A stretch of DNA of 64,000 nt from Harriotta raleighana. Lineage: Eukaryota. The notes beneath the pieces are model-generated. The model worked only from the letters and a program-made list of their open reading frames with translations, was not told where the DNA came from and ran no database searches. Every line of letters begins with the position of its first letter. Position 1 is the first letter of the stretch. The translations under genes were made by a program, and so were the position numbers. Of the stretch, positions 60,837 to 64,000 are shown piece after piece. Location of the stretch: assembly GCA_050575255.1 (NCBI GenBank), contig JBNZDD010013714.1:5053600-5117599 (forward strand), written 5' to 3'.

Positions 60837-63181
60837 GTTTACAAGTGAAGATCGCTCACTTACGCCAGGTAGTTGAGTGCCACTGGAGGTGGTGGAACCA
60901 ATAAACAGAATGAATCAGTGCCTTCAGGAAAATAGAGGAGAAAATAAAAAGAAGAAAAAGCACTAAACAACATTGGCAGATTAAGCAACTGTGGTGTGTG
61001 GATGTGGAACTGAATGAAATTAAACTGTGAACTCCGATTTGAGAGATCTTGCTAAAATGACAGGTTGAAGTAGTGCTGAATTGTTGGAATGAACATTTGG
61101 ATCAACTTCTGGGCTAGTCACAGGAGCACATGCACTGAGGCCAAGAAGCCAGGAAGGTTTATGTGTGAATCAGTTGAAAATGCTTTAGATTCAAATAAAA
61201 ATGTCAACAATGTGTTAGGAAAAAGTGTTTATGAATGGGACACTAACTCATGCATACAAGGACTTGGCTACAAGAAAGGTCTGAAGTAATATCTTAATAG
61301 AAAGATTCAAGTCAGGAATTTCCAAAGGTAGTAAGGTAGTAATATAGATGATTAATAGTTGCTTCAATTTGTGATCTTTCTATCTGTAATATGGTATACC
61401 TGAAATAACTTATGGCTTTCCATAGCAATACAAAATACGGTATGTCTGTCTTTATCTATTTAATATGTACAGACATATATGTGTTAGGTATGGGTTTAAT
61501 GGGTGTGATGTATTTGCTTGTGTATATATTTATTATGTACTTATGTGAATTGCCCTAGAGTAGAGTTGACAGTAATCTTTTCTGGTGAAGGCAAAGAGTT
61601 AAAATCTGACATTGGCTTCTTAAAATGTGGTTCAAACCACTTGCTGTAGTCAATTGATTTTACCAGAACCTTTGCTTTAACTGGCAAAGCTGCAGGTTAA
61701 CAGCAGATCATAAATTTGTATTTCATAGCAAGAAGCTATTTTGGTTTTAAAATGTACTTTCTGTTCTGCCAAGTAAAATACTAGGTCACAAGAAAGAAAC
61801 CCAGTTCTTTAGTCTCTGGTGGCTTAGTGGCTGTGGTAGGGAACCTGCCTTTGAGTAAGAGCCGAGGTTCAGCTCCACATCTGGATGCAGATTGTGTTAC
61901 AATTCTGAGTTACCAGAGCAGTGCAGAACAATCAGTCTTCTTCAATGTCAGGTGCCCTACAGCTTATTACCAGAACAGGTATTGAAGTTTAACCCACTTA
62001 CTGGCCTCATGGCTACTTGNGCTACTGGTACTGAGATTGCTTTACTAAGGTATATATAGAAGCCGATGTCGTCTAAATGCAGTTCGGTGCCATTGAATGG
62101 GTTAAGGTTTACTTTTTCCTGTTGTTGCTACAGATCCTGCTCATTTCCCCAGTGGATGACCATCAACATGGCATTATATACAAATTATTTTCCAAGGACT
62201 TCAAAGGGTGAAAAAGGCAAGGCAGAGTAGACTGATTGACAAGTGCTTCATTATGATACTAAGTCACTGCCCAGCCAGTCACCTCACAACTGTCAGGGCC
62301 AATTTTGGCTTCTGGATAGTTGTTTTCTGGAGTGGCCGAGCCTATTTCAGAAGGTAATACCATGCCTTACACCACAGTTTTCATATCAAATTTGTGGAGA
62401 CGATTCCTCTTTGGTTGGCTTACAAAGGCTGTAATTATTGACTATAGCAGCCAAATTTATATATGGATCTCTCATTACAAAACCGCAACCCTCACAACAA
62501 GATTATTTTAAGAAAATGACAAACTAATGAGTCAATGCTGCAATCATGGGTTTCAATCTATTTTTTGATGCTTTGGGTACAATTCAGTACTTGTAAAATC
62601 CAATGAATTACTCTGCGGGAATATAGGTGTGGTAGGAAATACATTAACTCATCAACTAAAATACAAAAACAGCAGGCAATTGCAGAAGTGAACTGTATGT
62701 TCACCTCTTTTTTCTTACGCAAACAGCAATCCACTTTCCAGGATGGATCTGACATTAAATCCATTTTTTTCACAGGGAATTCTGCCCTCTGCCTTTTCCC
62801 ATGCTTGTAAGATTAAAGGTGTCCTGCAAGAATTCTGGCCTTTTGTCTTAGATCCTAGCCAATGGCAAGTCTGTACCACAACTTCCCCTCTGTGTGTCCC
62901 TTCCTGGTTTTGTTTGTGATCTTGTGTCAGACAATAACCCACTGCTTTAAAGCATATAAGGATCAAGACTTGACTTCTGCTCTGACTTGTCCAGTCTTTA
63001 CGAACTGATTCTCCTCTACTTGAAGCTTCGTCAGCGATGCGGGACTTATCACGAGGGTTATTCCTGCCGATGCGCTGAATGGTTTCACTCGAGCAGAGTG
63101 ACTATATCTGCCATAACAATGGCAAACGATTGCAAAATGTTCACAATGTGAAATAAATTATACAAAATATGTAAACACCTC

Positions 63182-63340
63182 CCAGTGGCTCATTTAGTAA
63201 AACCAGTGGCTCAGTTAGCAAAAGCAATGGCTCAGTTAGCAAAACCAGTATTGAATGTAAAATGCATCCACACCGACCCAGCAAGTCCTAGGCTTGGTGC
63301 CTGTCAATTAAATGCACTGACCTCGGCTGGGTAACTGGAC
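63182..63340 (+). mobile_element. Decayed AmnSINE2-like element with 21-bp triplicated A-box region
   Basis: (CCAGTGGCTCAGTTAGCAAAA)x3 at 63182-63249, then GACCCAGCAAGTCCTAGG...CTGACCTCGGCTGGG; the unit matches the 54294 head. Confidence 0.5.
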
Positions 63341-64000
63341 TGCTAAGCAGTGAAGCATGACTGCCAATCAATTCATCCAATAGTGAAACAATCTGACAAC
63401 TATACCTTTGCTTGACTGACTTAGTCTTTTATTTTCCAAGACTTTTATTTTCCTCTTGCCAATTTTTTCCCCAACAGTCTTTTCCTATTTCCCTCACCCT
63501 TGAAAATGTTAACTCCGTGGACACCAGTTACCCTCTGTTCACATGTGAACCTTAACAGTGAGTATGACCAAGCTTTTTGAGGGCAACACAGGCAAGTGCA
63601 AATCTTGTCTGTACGTGCACCTAGAACGTGGGTCACTGAAATGTGATCATAAGAGGGAACTTTGTCTTCCGCATACTTGTCTAACCCAACACACTGAAGC
63701 TAATTGTGGTATCCTACATCAATCAGCTAATGAAGCATCAACCAGAATTCAGGTCTGTTGCCTCTTTTCTGTATGGCTAGCAGCTGCCAATTATGTTTTT
63801 ATCCACTACTAGACTATCAGAGAGCTCTCCAAGGATCCCACCTTAATCTTAAACTTATAATGCAACTCTTTCACAAGCACAGCTGGGTGAATCTCTACAT
63901 ATGCGCATAACATGTTTTCCGACAGTGTGAAACAATTAATTCAGGAGATAGAGCTGGTTAGTTTCAGGTAAAATGGGAAGCCCATGATTGTTTTAATGCT

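Noticed and set aside
62010-62030. Short repeat around the N at 62020
   Set aside because: Scaffold join; no biological inference possible
63182-63249. CRISPR-like array
   Set aside because: Units are directly adjacent without unique spacers, there are no cas genes, and the context is vertebrate
1-64000. Most ORFs in the six-frame track as genes
   Set aside because: Short (60-170 aa), many without ATG starts, no recognisable domains apart from LINE remnants; several are translations of SINEs; expected by chance in eukaryotic non-coding DNA
1-64000. Known vertebrate miRNA, snRNA or snoRNA genes
   Set aside because: No mature sequence I could recognise by eye; an Rfam/miRBase search would be needed to exclude them formally

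Overview
AT-rich, CpG-depleted vertebrate genomic DNA with no recognisable intact protein-coding gene, RNA gene or prokaryote-type system. The repeat content points to a cartilaginous fish, probably a chimaera/holocephalan (inference): CR1 LINEs with (ATTCTATG)n tails, L2 LINEs, old SacSINE1-like DeuSINEs and a younger tRNA-derived SINE family with a Deu/L2 tail. Repeat family names come from recalled consensus sequences, not from a database search. The window looks like a large intron or gene desert. It holds seven copies of the young SINE, many L2 and CR1 3' fragments (several nested inside other elements) and two related Tigger/pogo-like non-autonomous DNA transposons. Long repeat-poor stretches rich in developmental TF motifs may be conserved non-coding elements. 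There are also a few isolated exon-like segments and three single-N assembly joins. The best-supported 'system' is a LINE/SINE partnership: the SINE and L2 tails share a 3' stem-loop with a compensatory base-pair change. I found no convincing novel coding system.
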